A DNA stretch of 32,000 nucleotides from Haloferax volcanii DS2 (GTDB taxonomy: Archaea; Halobacteriota; Halobacteria; Halobacteriales; Haloferacaceae). The number at the start of each line of letters is the position of its first letter. The first letter of the stretch is position 1. The translations under genes and the position numbers were made by a program. The stretch is taken from positions 660,001-692,000 of the forward strand of contig NC_013967.1 of NCBI RefSeq assembly GCF_000025685.1, in the 5' to 3' direction. Under the pieces are notes generated by a model, which did not search any database, was not told the DNA's origin, and saw only the letters and a list, made by a program, of their open reading frames with translations. Below are positions 31,757 through 32,000 of the stretch, piece after piece.

Positions 31757-32000
31757 CTATCGCGGTTCGACTCGCTCGGCCTCGGGGTCCCAGCGGACCC
31801 GCCGCTCGGCGGCCAGTTTCTCGATGTGGGCGACGACCGTCGCGCGGGCGAGGTCGCGCACGGCGGACACGTCCTTGTCGTAGGCGGCGTCGGTCACGGC
31901 GTCCGGCGTCGCGTTCCCGGCGCGCACCGCGTCGAGGACGGCCCGCTCGCGGTCGTTTCGGTGCGCGACGAGTCGCGCGAGCGTCGCCCGCGGGTCCGTG
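31757..32000 (-). CDS. 3' end of a probable MBL-fold metallo-hydrolase (5' end lies outside the window)
   Basis: The minus-strand frame is open to the window edge and ends at TAG (31757-31759). The tail ...AYDKDVSAVRDLARATVVAHIEKLAAERRVRWDPEAERVEPR looks like the winged-helix C-terminal extension I associate with haloarchaeal beta-lactamase-fold hydrolases. The catalytic domain is not visible. Confidence 0.4.
   Translation of the reverse strand, partial: TDPRATLARLVAHRNDRERAVLDAVRAGNATPDAVTDAAYDKDVSAVRDLARATVVAHIEKLAAERRVRWDPEAERVEPR

Overview
This is a high-GC segment (roughly two-thirds to 70% G+C by eye) that looks like a haloarchaeal (class Halobacteria) chromosome. The evidence is acidic Asp/Glu/Ala/Thr/Val-rich proteins, a CetZ tubulin, and many genes whose ATG sits 22-23 nt downstream of an 8-nt TATA element, which implies leaderless mRNAs. 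There are also many ATGA/GTGA start/stop overlaps and very long Arg/Pro-rich shadow ORFs on non-coding frames.

I support about 31 protein genes and no rRNA, tRNA, CRISPR array or mobile element. Most are housekeeping or accessory genes:
- a PolX operon
- a phosphodiesterase
- a GCS2-type ligase
- CetZ
- an SDR epimerase
- a DHH phosphoesterase
- an aldo/keto reductase
- an MFS transporter
- a GT-A glycosyltransferase
- a Nudix hydrolase
- DoxX
- an FAD oxidoreductase
- Hsp20
- a radical SAM enzyme
- a TRAM protein
- a YkgJ Cys-cluster protein

The standout is an eight-gene type IV pilus/Tad-like locus at 7143-16859. It encodes a coiled-coil protein, a small exported protein, a GspE/FlaI/TadA-family ATPase and a TadC/PilC/FlaJ-like platform. 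Four tightly coupled N-terminally anchored proteins follow. Two of them have class III (prepilin-like) signal motifs, and one is a 1018-aa protein rich in N-glycosylation sequons. The locus is split into three units, each preceded by the same promoter cassette with an invariant CGGGACCAC box at -17..-9 from the ATG.

Other points of interest are two small zinc-ribbon proteins (one missing from the ORF track and overlapping the hsp20 start), a pentanucleotide repeat tract, a degenerate tandem repeat between convergent genes, and an unusually long AT-richer intergenic region. All functional calls come from motif and family recognition by eye. No database search was run.
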